Assembly: GCA_963714015.1 (NCBI GenBank)
Contig: OY970223.1
Location: 2,464,001 to 2,528,000 of the forward strand
DNA length: 64,000 bases
Reading direction: 5' to 3'
DNA from: Vulcanimicrobiota bacterium
GTDB lineage: Bacteria; Vulcanimicrobiota; Vulcanimicrobiia; Vulcanimicrobiales; Vulcanimicrobiaceae
Shown here: piece after piece, positions 31,662 through 42,525 of the stretch
Numbering within the stretch: the first letter of the stretch is position 1
Layout of the letters: every line of letters begins with the position of its first letter
The notes under the pieces: generated by a model
The model's database searches: none
What the model saw: the letters and a program-made list of their open reading frames with translations, nothing else
What the model was told of the DNA's origin: nothing
Position numbers and translations under genes: made by a program

Positions 31662-32655
31662 TTAGTACTCGACGTTCCACTCGACTTCGGGAAGTCCGAC
31701 AGTGCCGTCTTGTTGTTTGGGCATGGCGCCGATGACGATCCAGGTCGTGTTATGGTATGCCAGGGGCACCGCAGCTTGCCGAGCTCACTTGCGTGTACGA
31801 GTCGACGAGATGGCCGCCGTGCGGTCCGATATCGTTGCCCTGAACGCCGGTGTAGATTGCCACCGGGCCGGTCAAGTTCGTGCCGCCGGGGACGGTCAGC
31901 CCGGTTGCCGAGAGCGTCACGCCCCAGATATCCAGCAAGCTCTGCACCGACGGGCTGTACGAGAGCGGCGAGGTCGTTGACGTGCTCTGCGAGTAGTTCA
32001 CGTCTTCGATATGCACCAGACCCGAAAAGTCGTGCGTGTGAATATTGTACTCGCAATCTTGTTGCTCGATCTCGTAAAGATCGTTCGGGTGTCCGCCCGG
32101 CGCGTTGTTTGACGGCGCCATCGGCTCGGTCGGATTCTTCATGGCAATACCCGACGGCAGAGATTCTTCCGTGCCGTTGTAATAGATTCCGACGAACGAG
32201 TGAACCGAATACGTCCCCGGATTCTGAGCCGGCTCAACGGTCGGCGTGCACGGCATTTTGTCCATCGTTTTGAAGCCGGTCTTGGCGCTTGCGCCCTGGA
32301 TCGTGTCACCGAACGCGGCGACGGGCGGCTGGCCGTTCCGCTGGGCCCACAGCGCGGTGGTTCCGGCTAGGTACCAGCCGACGCTGCCGTTGACTTGCGG
32401 GCCTTCTTGCGCATTTATCGCGAGACCCTTGTCGACGGGCACTCCGCCCGAGGGCGTAGCCGTCGGTGTCGGCGTAGGCGTCGGCGTGTTCGTTGGCTTG
32501 ACCGTAGGCGTAGGTGAAGGCGACGACGATCCTCCGCCGCCCGGCTGTGTCGTGGGACCCGTTACGGGTGGGGTGCTGCCGCCTCCGCCGCCGCCGCAAG
32601 CGGCGAGAACGGCGGATATCGCGAGCAGCGGTATGCAGAGTCGCAGAAATTTCAT
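31662..32655 (-). CDS. Lipoprotein paralog B with HTHDxSGxxH domain (frameshift near 31770)
   Basis: MKFLRLCIPLLAISAVLAACGGGGG, YSVHSFVGIY and IHTHDFSGLVHIED. The shifted frame ends WIVIGAMP..GLPEVEWNVEY*, matching paralog A. Confidence 0.75.
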
Positions 32656-32858
32656 TAGTAATTCATCCTCGTGCGGGCAAGTTAAGTCCGCACTCATCGT
32701 ATCTGCGAGCGGCTTTACGAGGCGTGAATCGGCCCGGTCAGCCGGGTGGTAAGATAGCCCGGAATTGGTTAGGTCGTGTGAACTAAAGGCGAAGGGCCGC
32801 CTCTCGGCTAGCGACGGCGCCTCTAATCGCCGGGGCGTTCTCGGGAACGGCACATAGC

Positions 32859-32886
32859 AAAAAGGGCCGCGTCACAGGGCCCTTTT
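32859..32886 (-). terminator. Terminator downstream of clpX
   Basis: AAAAGGGCC-gcgtcacag-GGCCCTTTT, 16 nt after the clpX stop. Confidence 0.7.
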
Positions 32887-32901
32887 CCGGTTCGACGGAT
32901 C

Positions 32902-34161
<1,260 letters not shown>

Positions 34162-34173
34162 TTAGCCTCTTGC

Positions 34174-34782
34174 CTATGCCGGGGTCGCCAGCGAAGTCCG
34201 GTTTTCGATGATTGAGTCTATAATACCGTAATCCTTGGCTTCTTGGGCGGTCATATGGAAATCCCGCTCGATATCTTTGAGAATTTGCTCGATCGGCTTC
34301 TTGGTCGTGTCCTCATAGATACCGGCCAGCATGCGGCGGGTAGAGATGAGGTCCCGGGCGCTGATTTCGATGTCGGTGGCCTGACCGCCGATCTGCTGGA
34401 CCCACGGCTGATGAATGAGTATTTTGGCATGGGGCAGGGCCATACGTTTACTCTGCGCGCCGCCCGTAAGCAGAATGGAACCCATGGAGGCTGCCATACC
34501 CGCGCAGATCGTGGCGACGTCCGGTTTGATGAAGCGCATCGTGTCATAGATTGCCAGGCCGGCCGTAACGCTGCCGCCCGGGCTGTTAATGTACATGTCG
34601 ATGTCTTTGTCCGGATCTTCTTTTTCGAGGAAGAGCAGCTGTGCAATCACCAGGTTCGCCAAATGATCGTCGATCGCGCCGCCCACGAAGACGATTCGAT
34701 CTTTGAGCAGACGCGAATAGATGTCGAACGCGCGTTCACCGCGTGCGCTCTGCTCGACGACCATCGGGACTAAATGACCCAT
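34174..34782 (-). CDS. clpP: Clp protease proteolytic subunit
   Basis: Motifs [24 protein letters not shown] and IHQP. Confidence 0.99.
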   Translation of the reverse strand: MGHLVPMVVEQSARGERAFDIYSRLLKDRIVFVGGAIDDHLANLVIAQLLFLEKEDPDKDIDMYINSPGGSVTAGLAIYDTMRFIKPDVATICAGMAASMGSILLTGGAQSKRMALPHAKILIHQPWVQQIGGQATDIEISARDLISTRRMLAGIYEDTTKKPIEQILKDIERDFHMTAQEAKDYGIIDSIIENRTSLATPA

Positions 34783-34849
34783 ACGTTTACGTTCCTCTAA
34801 ACCTTAAACCGTTGCTGCCTGACAGTACCTGAAATGGCGCCCGCGCCGA

Positions 34850-36157
34850 CTAGGTTGCGGGGCCCGGTGCCGTTTCCCCCACATCGGCATTTTCGATGAG
34901 AAAGTCTACAGTCTTATTTCGGACGATTCCGTCCATGAGCGAGAGCAGATTGTTTCCGACCGCTTGACGTATCCGATCCACCGGTTGCCCGTACTGCCGG
35001 GCAAGGGATTGAAGCTCCGCCTGAATATCGGCGGGAGTTGCGGTGATGTTCTCCGCCTTCGCGACGGCCTCGAGGAGCAGCGTCCCCTTGACCCGCTTTT
35101 CGGCCTCCGGGCGGAATTCGGCCCGCATGCCGTCCTCCGTCTTATCGACCATCTTTAGATAGTCTTCGAAGGACATGCCCATGCGGGAGGCAGCGGAGAC
35201 GCCCTCGGAGAGCATGCTCTCCAGCTCGCGGTCAACCATGACCGGCGGCAATGGAAAGTCGTGCGAGCCGATCAAATCCTCGACGATCTGATTGCCGGCC
35301 TGGCGGCGGAGTCGAGCTTCGGCCGCGGTTTCCAGACGGCGCCGGATATCGTCTTTGAGCGCCTCGAGCGTCTCGTTTTGCGAGACTGCTTTGGCAAATT
35401 CGTCGTCCGGCGTGGGAAGCTCGAGCTCTTTCAGCTCGTGCAGCGTGACGGTGAATGAGGCGGTCTTTCCGGCCAGGTCGCTCTGCTGATAATCTTGCGG
35501 AAAGGTCGCCGGGACCTCGCGCGTCTCGCCTGGCTTCATACCCGCGATGCCGCTGACGAATCCGGGAATGAATCGCTCCTCGGAGAGTTCCGTCTGCTGA
35601 CCCTTGGCCGAGCCGCCTTCGAACGGGATTCCGTCGACCTTGCCTTCGTAGTCGAGCGTAGCGACGTCGCCCAAGCGGGCCTCACGCTCGACCGGCACGA
35701 GGGTTGCCCGCTCCCGGGCCAGAGCCTTCAGCGCGCGTTCGACGTCCTCGTCGCCCACGTTCACGGTCTCGTGAACGAGTTTGAGGCCCTTGTACGGCTT
35801 GAGATCGATCTCGGGCCGTACCTCGACAACTGCCTTGACGCCCGTGGGACGTCCATCGTGATCGGGAAGCAGTTCCACCTTTGGCCGGTCGATCGGGTCC
35901 AGGTCGTGTTCCTTGACCGCCTTGGCGTAGACGGCCGGCACGACGTCCTCGATCGCCTCGTTCGTAATCGTCGCGGCGCCGTAGGCTTGTTCGAAGACCT
36001 TGCGCGGCACTTTGCCGGGGCGGAACCCGGGCAGCTTGGCCTTCTTTGCCAGGCGACGGAAGGCGCGATCCTCGGCCTCGCGGATCTCCTCGGGCGAGAT
36101 CGGGATGACCAGCTCAACTTGCGTTGGGGCGAGTTTGGTAAGGGTCGACGTTGACAG
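34850..36157 (-). CDS. tig: Trigger factor
   Basis: GFRPGKVP ribosome-binding loop and FKBP domain (IPGF..GI.GMK.GE), upstream of clpP. The start is probably CTG at 36157, 7 nt after a GGGAGA SD. Confidence 0.97.
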   Translation of the reverse strand: MSTSTLTKLAPTQVELVIPISPEEIREAEDRAFRRLAKKAKLPGFRPGKVPRKVFEQAYGAATITNEAIEDVVPAVYAKAVKEHDLDPIDRPKVELLPDHDGRPTGVKAVVEVRPEIDLKPYKGLKLVHETVNVGDEDVERALKALARERATLVPVEREARLGDVATLDYEGKVDGIPFEGGSAKGQQTELSEERFIPGFVSGIAGMKPGETREVPATFPQDYQQSDLAGKTASFTVTLHELKELELPTPDDEFAKAVSQNETLEALKDDIRRRLETAAEARLRRQAGNQIVEDLIGSHDFPLPPVMVDRELESMLSEGVSAASRMGMSFEDYLKMVDKTEDGMRAEFRPEAEKRVKGTLLLEAVAKAENITATPADIQAELQSLARQYGQPVDRIRQAVGNNLLSLMDGIVRNKTVDFLIENADVGETAPGPAT

Positions 36158-36202
36158 GGTGGATTCTCCCAAGAGCCCGGCCTGGGCCGGGTCGAAAAAT
36201 CG

Positions 36203-36278
36203 TGGAGCGGAAGACGAGATTCGAACTCGCGACCCTCGCCTTGGCAAGGCGATGCTCTACCACTGAGCCTACTTCCGC
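36203..36278 (-). tRNA. tRNA-Gly(GCC)
   Basis: GCGGAAG..GCTCAGTGGTAGAGC..CTTGCCAAG..TTCGAATC..CTTCCGCTCCA. There is one extra G before the D stem. Confidence 0.95.
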
Positions 36279-36416
36279 ACACTCATCGCTACCGTTATTA
36301 CCGATCCTCACGTACCCGGCGATGGTAAACACGTGGGGGCCCCATCGTCTCCCGATGGGGGGTGCGGAGCGGCGTAGCCCGGAGCACCTTTGAACTCGAG
36401 TTGTTGCTTGCCCCTA

Positions 36417-36442
36417 GACAAAGCGCCTCAAGGCGCTTTGTC
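36417..36442. terminator. Hairpin just downstream of tRNA-Leu
   Basis: GACAAAGCGCC-tcaa-GGCGCTTTGTC. Confidence 0.55.
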
Positions 36443-36443
36443 C

Positions 36444-36525
36444 TGGGCAAGCAGAGACTCGAACTCTGATGGGTTGCCCCACTGGAACCTAAATCCAGCG
36501 CGTCTGCCAGTTCCGCCACTTGCCC
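36444..36525 (-). tRNA. tRNA-Leu(TAG)
   Basis: GGGCAAGTGGCGGAACTGGCAGACGCG-CTGGA-TTTAGGT-TCCAG, long variable arm, TTCGAGTC. No encoded CCA. Confidence 0.95.
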
Positions 36526-36566
36526 GGGCGCGCCGGCCTTACGAAGCGACCCCGTTTTATATGGGT

Positions 36567-36962
36567 CTAGTTCGAAAAATCCTCCACGAAATACAGGTCT
36601 CCGTCAGTGTCGCGAGCGACGCCGATACCGACGCGATGATAGTCGGCGGAGAGGATGTTTTCGCGGTGCGGCGGGCTTTGGAAGAGTGCGCTGTCGGCCG
36701 ATTGTACGTCGGGCGCCATGGCAATGTTCTCGCCGGCGTAATCGAACGAACAGCCGGCGGCGCGGATGCGATCGAATGGACTTTGCCCTGATTGTGACTC
36801 GTGCGCGAAGTAGCCGTGCTGCGCCATGTCCGCAGCGTGGCCCGTCGCGGCCGACGTCAAACGAGCGTCGATGGCCAGGGGTTGTAACCCGCGTGACGCG
36901 CGCTCCCCGTTCAGATCAGACAGCATTGTCATGGCTAGACCGAAAGCCATAAGGTGGAGCAT
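36567..36962 (-). CDS. CAP/SCP domain protein
   Basis: Motifs LN.ER..GL.PL, HAADM..GYFAH, GENIA, SPPHRENIL and VGIGV. Confidence 0.92.
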   Translation of the reverse strand: MLHLMAFGLAMTMLSDLNGERASRGLQPLAIDARLTSAATGHAADMAQHGYFAHESQSGQSPFDRIRAAGCSFDYAGENIAMAPDVQSADSALFQSPPHRENILSADYHRVGIGVARDTDGDLYFVEDFSN

Positions 36963-37064
36963 ACTCCATGTTATCGGAGTCTTAAGGTTCGGAGACTGCG
37001 GCTTCGCTGCGTAAGGAATCTGCATCGACGGCAAGGCGCATGCTTGCCCTGCGGGAAGGGCTTT

Positions 37065-40000
37065 CTAGGCTTGAAGCGCTTCTTTGAGAGCGTCTTGCCA
37101 GGCCATGCCGCGTCCGGTCGCTATCGCCTTGCGCGCGGCGTCTTGTCCGAGAGCGCTTTGGGCGTCGCGAATTACCTGTTCGTAATCGATCTGGTCGAAC
37201 GGCTGACGTGGAACGCCGATGCTCTGGAAAACTCCGTCCGCAAAGCCCGCAAGGTGCAGCGCGCGCGCCCAGTCCTTCTCGGCAATCGCCAATCGGGCCA
37301 GTGAATCCACGCAATTGCCGCTCTGCCAGTCGTCCTGATAATCGCGCACGATTTCGAGCGCCCGCCGCAGAGCCGGTCGCGCCGCCTCCAACTCGCCCCG
37401 TTTGAGCTCAAATATTCCAAGGTTGGTCAATGACCACCCGGCGGATTGTGTGTCGTGCAGACGCTCGAAGATTGCGAGGCTTTGGCGCGTCAGGTTCACT
37501 GCGCGATCGTATTCGCCGACGGTGGCGGCGAGATCGCCCAGATTGCCGAGCAAATTCGCTACGCCGCGATCGTCTTCGAGCCGGCGCAGCAATTGCAAGC
37601 TCTCCTCGTAGAGTTCTCGCGCGCGGTCGGGATGTCCCAGCCAGTTCTGCGCGATCGCGCGGCCGTTGAAAACGTCCGCCAAGCCGCGCTGATCGCCGAC
37701 GCGTTTACAGATTTCGTAGCCTTCGTCAAGGTACTTGAGCGCGTCGTCGAACCGCTGCAGGAGAATGCAAGCCGACGAGGCTTCGTACAGGGCCGACGCA
37801 AGCCCGCGCTCGTCCCCGATCTCGCGCCAGAGCTGGATCGAAAGTTGAGCCGAATCCAGGGCACGCTGGGAATGCGCGCCGTCTAAACGCGCCAAGCCGA
37901 AAAGCGGCTTTGCGTGGACTTCTTTCGGCAGCAAGAGGTCCTCACGGGAGAGGAGTTGCTCTATCCACTCACGGCCCGCGCCGATGCGGCTCAGTTGCTC
38001 CCAGTAATGAATCAGATTGCACGTAATGCGAGCACCGAGCTGCAGATCGTTCTCGTTAGTCACGGTAAAGATCAGGGCAGCGCGGATATTGTCGATCTCG
38101 TAGGCCATCGAGGGAAATTCGTTTCGCCATTCCTTCGTGGAATAGCTGGCCTCGAGTGCTTCGGCGCGCGCGCGAAAATACTGCGCATGATCCATGCCGA
38201 GCGGGCGCCATTCACCGAGTTCGCGCGCCTTGTCGGCCGCGAACGCGCGAATCGTTGCAGGAACGACGTAGCGGACCCGGCCGTCATCGTTGTCGAGGTT
38301 CACCAGCGCTTTTTCGACCAGCAATCCCAGTGCACCGGCGTTGCCGCAGACCGCCGAGATCGCAGCGGAACTCGCTCCGCCGGAGAAAATAGAAAGGGCG
38401 CGAAGCAGCCGCTGCTCCTCCGGCGTGAGCACGTTGTAGCTCCATTCGACGAACCCGCGCATGGCTTCGCGTCCGAGCTGCTCGCGATCGGGCAGCCGTT
38501 CCAAGAGCCCGTCCACGTCCACGTTGTGCAATTGGGCCGCGGCGAGCTGAATCGCGCGCGGAAGGCCGCCGAGCTGCCGGCAGATCACTTCGACCGTCGC
38601 GTGACGATCGGCAGGCAGCGCTATCTGTGAACTCTTGACACGCTGCATGAAGAGCGCCGCGGACGCTTCAGTCGCAAGCGGCGGTAGCGTGAAAGCGGTC
38701 TCGCCGCCGATAATCAACGGCTCGCGCGCCGTCACCAGCAGCCTGGACTCGCGCACGTTCGCGATGAGCTCGCCGACCACTTCGCTTGCGCCTCGCACGG
38801 CCGGCTCATAATTGTCGAGCACGAGCAGCGCCTTTTTCGATTTCAAAAACTCTGCAACTGATGCGGCGGGAGCGACGAGCGGCGTCTCCGGAACGCCTAG
38901 AACGGAGGCAATCTTACTGGCGAGATACTGACCATCGGGGACGGTGGAGCAATCGACGTAAAATGCGCCGTCCGGAAAACGCGCCAGTTCGCCCCGCGCG
39001 AGGTCGAGTGCGCTGCGCGATTTGCCGATTCCCGCGGCCCCCGATATGGTGACCAGCGCTGAGCCTGCGCAGCAGTCTGCGCAAGTGCTGCATCTCCGCA
39101 AAACGCCCGACCGTCGTGCCCTGCACTGCCGGAATATTATGGCGGTACGATTTTGCTGCATATGCCGGCGGCGCGTCGGACTGATAGTTCTCACCGGCGA
39201 CCCGGTTGCGGCCGGTGCGTTTGGCTTGATACAGCGCAACGTCGGCGGCTTCGATCAGTGAATCAGGCCGATCCGCGCGCGTGGGAATCTTGCACGCAAC
39301 GCCCAGGCTGATCGTCAGCCGGTGCAGCAAAGAGCCGCTATGGGCGATGGCTAGATCCAGGACGGCCTGCCGCATCCGTTCAGCAATGCTGAGCGCGCCG
39401 GCGTTGTCGGTGTCGGGCAATACCGCCACGAACTCTTCGCCGCCGTACCTCGCGAAGAGATCTTCCGAACGCGAGAGGCATGATGACAAAGCCGTTGCGA
39501 CCTGTTGCAAGGCGGCATCGCCGGCAACGTGTCCGTACGTGTCGTTGAACGGCTTGAAGAAGTCGATGTCGACGAGCAGCATCGCCAGGCTCGTGCCCCG
39601 GCGCACGGCCCGGCGCCATTCAGCGTTGAAACGCTGATTGAACGACCGCCTATTGGCAACACCCGTAAGACTATCGGTGGATGCGATATTCTCCAAGCGC
39701 GCGCTTTGGGTTTCGATCTGCGCTTGATGGACCCGCACGCTCAAATACAATGCGCATGTCTGCAGTAGATCGACGTCTTCGTCCGTGTACGCGTTCGGGA
39801 TAACGCTCTGAACGGAAAGCACGCCGATGATCTCGGTTCCGAATTTGAGCGGAACGAACAAAGCCGAGACGCGCTCGTCGTTCTGCGGCTGACCCGGCAA
39901 ATTGAGCGCCAGACGTCCTTCGGTCCAATCGGAAAGGCGGCACTTGAGTATCGGGCGGCCGGTGCGTAAGACTTCGGCGGTACGTGATTCGGGACGCACC

Positions 40001-40248
40001 AGGCGGTTCGCCAAACTGCCAACGACGCCGTTTTCGAGCATGAAGGCGATGCGCGCGCTCTCACTCTCTTTTTCTTTGATGGCGATGAAGACCATCGAGG
40101 CATCGACGAATCGCGCCAATAGCGAACAAACCTCGTGGAAGAGCTCTTCCAAGGAGAGGCCGCTGGTGAGCAGTTCTGCCGTGCGCTGTACGACCTCCCG
40201 ATCGCGCGCCGCGCGCGAAAGGGACGCCGCACCGGTCGCGTCGTTCAC
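37065..40248 (-). CDS. GAF-GGDEF-STAND ATPase-TPR fusion (diguanylate cyclase; frameshift near 39070)
   Basis: ORF 38914..40248 gives GAF, DSLTG..NRR, RSED I-site and ARYGGEEF. ORF 37065..39239 gives GAAGIGKS, LLVLDNYE, GGLPRAIQLAA and TPR repeats. Confidence 0.85.
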
Positions 40249-40309
40249 GCGCCCCTCTTCTAAAGGACGGCCGCGCGGCCCCGCGGTCTTTACGGAAAAC
40301 AGATGCTTC

Positions 40310-41132
40310 TTAGATCCGTTTACGCAGGACCGCTCCGTAAACTGTTAACACGCCGGGGCTCGGTCCGCCCGCGAGGGGATGCAGCCCTCCGCTGCGATCG
40401 CGCCACAGCAGACCCGCGACCTTGCGCTCTCCCGGCACCGGCCAGGGACTGTTTTTTGAAGTCAGCATGTCCAGCGGATGAGTGATGCGTTCGGGAAACA
40501 CCCATTCGAACCGCTCTTCCAGCGCTGCGCGCAATTTTTCGTATTGCGTAAGCGGTACGCCGACTCCGCCGCTTACCTCGACGTCGAGATCGAACGTCAG
40601 CGCGAACGTTCCGCCGGGCTTCAGAATGCGCGCCAGCTCTGCAACCATAGACGCCGGTTCGGGTATGTGTTCCAGAACGCTCAGTGAAAACGCGGCGTCC
40701 GCGGTTTCGCCTTCCAGCGGAAGCGTCTCGGCATTGAGCCGCACGTCAATCGCACCTCGACCGGCGCTGAGAACGCCCGCAGCAGCCGAAAGATCGCGCA
40801 CGGCTATGGGATCGTTGTCGAAGCAGATCACCGATGCCGGCAGCCGTGCAACCGCAAACGTGAAGAATGTGGACCCGCTTCCGAAGTCGGCGATTACCGG
40901 GGGCGCCGCTGCACCGCCGCAAGCGCGGCGCAAATGTTCGTATACGTACGCATACTCCCACGCGCGGCTCCACGTGTGCAGGATCTCCGTTCCCCATATA
41001 TATTGGGGATCGCGAAACGCGGGTGCTGCCTGGACAAATTCGCGCTCCGTTTCCTCGAGCTGACGAAATACCGCTTTGTACTCGTCGAGGCTCGAGATGG
41101 GAGAGCGCCGCAAATCCCGCCCGTTCGAACAT
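40310..41132 (-). CDS. Class I SAM methyltransferase (type 11); probable frameshift near the N-terminus
   Basis: Motifs WSRAWEY, DFGSGS, SLSVLEHI and LKPGG. MFERAGFAALSHL from ATG 41132 probably joins DEYKAVF. Confidence 0.85.
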
Positions 41133-41154
41133 TTGCGGACGGAATTTCGCGAAA

Positions 41155-42498
41155 CTAGTTGCCGTCTCCGTCGTCGTCCGGTATGCGCGTGTCGATCTCG
41201 GCGGATCGCGGTACCGCGGGAGCGGGTATCGGTTGGAATATGCGCGGCTTTTGCGCATAGTTGAACATGTCGGAGAGATCGTCGGAGCGAACGTCCGTGG
41301 TTCCAAGCGATCCCAGGTTGTACGTCTCTTCGAGGAATTTCAGCGTGCTGCCGAACTCGTGCTGAACAGGCGAGACGTAGCCCTGCTTGGCGTACGGCGA
41401 GACGACGATCAGCGGAACCCGGAAGCCCAACTCATAATGGTTGTACTGCACCGGGGGGACATGATCGTACCAGCCGCCCCACTCGTCCCAGGTGACGATA
41501 ATTGCGGTGGAGTTCCAATACGGGCTCGCTCCGATTGCGTTTACGACTTGCGCAACCCAGGCCGGCCCCGTTCCGGTGTTTGAGTGCGCATGATCCGATT
41601 CCGCAGCGGTCGGCATCACCCAAGAAACGCCTGCAAGTTGTCCGTTTTTAATATCGTTGAAGATATTCGTATTGGGTGCGGACACGTTGGCGTAATCCGG
41701 ACTGTAGCGAATGTTTTTGTAAGAGTCCGGCGCATACCACAGGCCCCGGCCCATTCGGGCCTCGTACCACTTCCACGTGACTCCCGCCGAGTCGAGCAGA
41801 TTGAAAATCGTTTGGTGCGTGAAGCACGGAAATACCGGCGTATAGTTTTCGGATCCGGTCGCCGGATCGATCAGCGGCGCGGTGGTTCCCGGTAACGAGT
41901 CGCATCCTCCGGGATGGACCGAGTCTTTCTTCGTCGCATTGTCCATTACGTAGAGGGTGTTCGTATCGTCGATAGCCGAGTTTCCGGCAGCCAAGTAAAG
42001 GTGCGCGGGATAGCTGGATCCCTCGTTTGTCGCGAACATGCGATCGGCGAACGCATAGGTCTCAGCTAATGTCCAATACGGTTTGACTTGCGACTTCGGC
42101 ACGTACGAATAGGCAAAATCCGCCGGTTCGCCGGAGCCGTTGTCGATCTTCTCGAGATTGAATCCGTTCATATGGCCGTTGCGGTACTCGGTTACCCATG
42201 ACGCATGGCTATGGTCCGGATCGTACGTGTTGACCAAATTCCCCGGCTGAAGCTGTATCGTATTCCCGTGGGAATCGAGTCCCGACTTTACCGTGTCGGC
42301 GCCCGGCAAGCCGTTGAAGAGATTGTCGACCGACCGATTCTCTTGAACCATGATAACGACGTGCTGGATCGGCGATCCGGCCGGCGCGACACCGTGAACG
42401 TTGAAGGATTCTTCTCCGGGCGTGATGGGCACGACCGGCGCGCGTTGCGAACAGGCCGTGATTACCAGGAGCGCCGCACAAAGAACTACTCGTTTCAT
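41155..42498 (-). CDS. Secreted phosphoesterase/phospholipase C family lipoprotein
   Basis: Lipobox ITAC, IQHVVIMVQENRSVDN, SYPAH, TWDEWGGWYDHV and GFRVP. Confidence 0.92.
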   Translation of the reverse strand: MKRVVLCAALLVITACSQRAPVVPITPGEESFNVHGVAPAGSPIQHVVIMVQENRSVDNLFNGLPGADTVKSGLDSHGNTIQLQPGNLVNTYDPDHSHASWVTEYRNGHMNGFNLEKIDNGSGEPADFAYSYVPKSQVKPYWTLAETYAFADRMFATNEGSSYPAHLYLAAGNSAIDDTNTLYVMDNATKKDSVHPGGCDSLPGTTAPLIDPATGSENYTPVFPCFTHQTIFNLLDSAGVTWKWYEARMGRGLWYAPDSYKNIRYSPDYANVSAPNTNIFNDIKNGQLAGVSWVMPTAAESDHAHSNTGTGPAWVAQVVNAIGASPYWNSTAIIVTWDEWGGWYDHVPPVQYNHYELGFRVPLIVVSPYAKQGYVSPVQHEFGSTLKFLEETYNLGSLGTTDVRSDDLSDMFNYAQKPRIFQPIPAPAVPRSAEIDTRIPDDDGDGN

Positions 42499-42525
42499 TC
42501 CAACCACCGATTCGCAGAGTGTTAT

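Noticed and set aside
36158..36247. N-terminal extension of trigger factor
   Set aside because: The ORF-track start lies inside tRNA-Gly.
37065..40248. Programmed frameshifting or phase variation as the cause of split genes
   Set aside because: No slippery heptamers or long homopolymer tracts were seen at the junctions examined, and similar indels occur in tRNAs.
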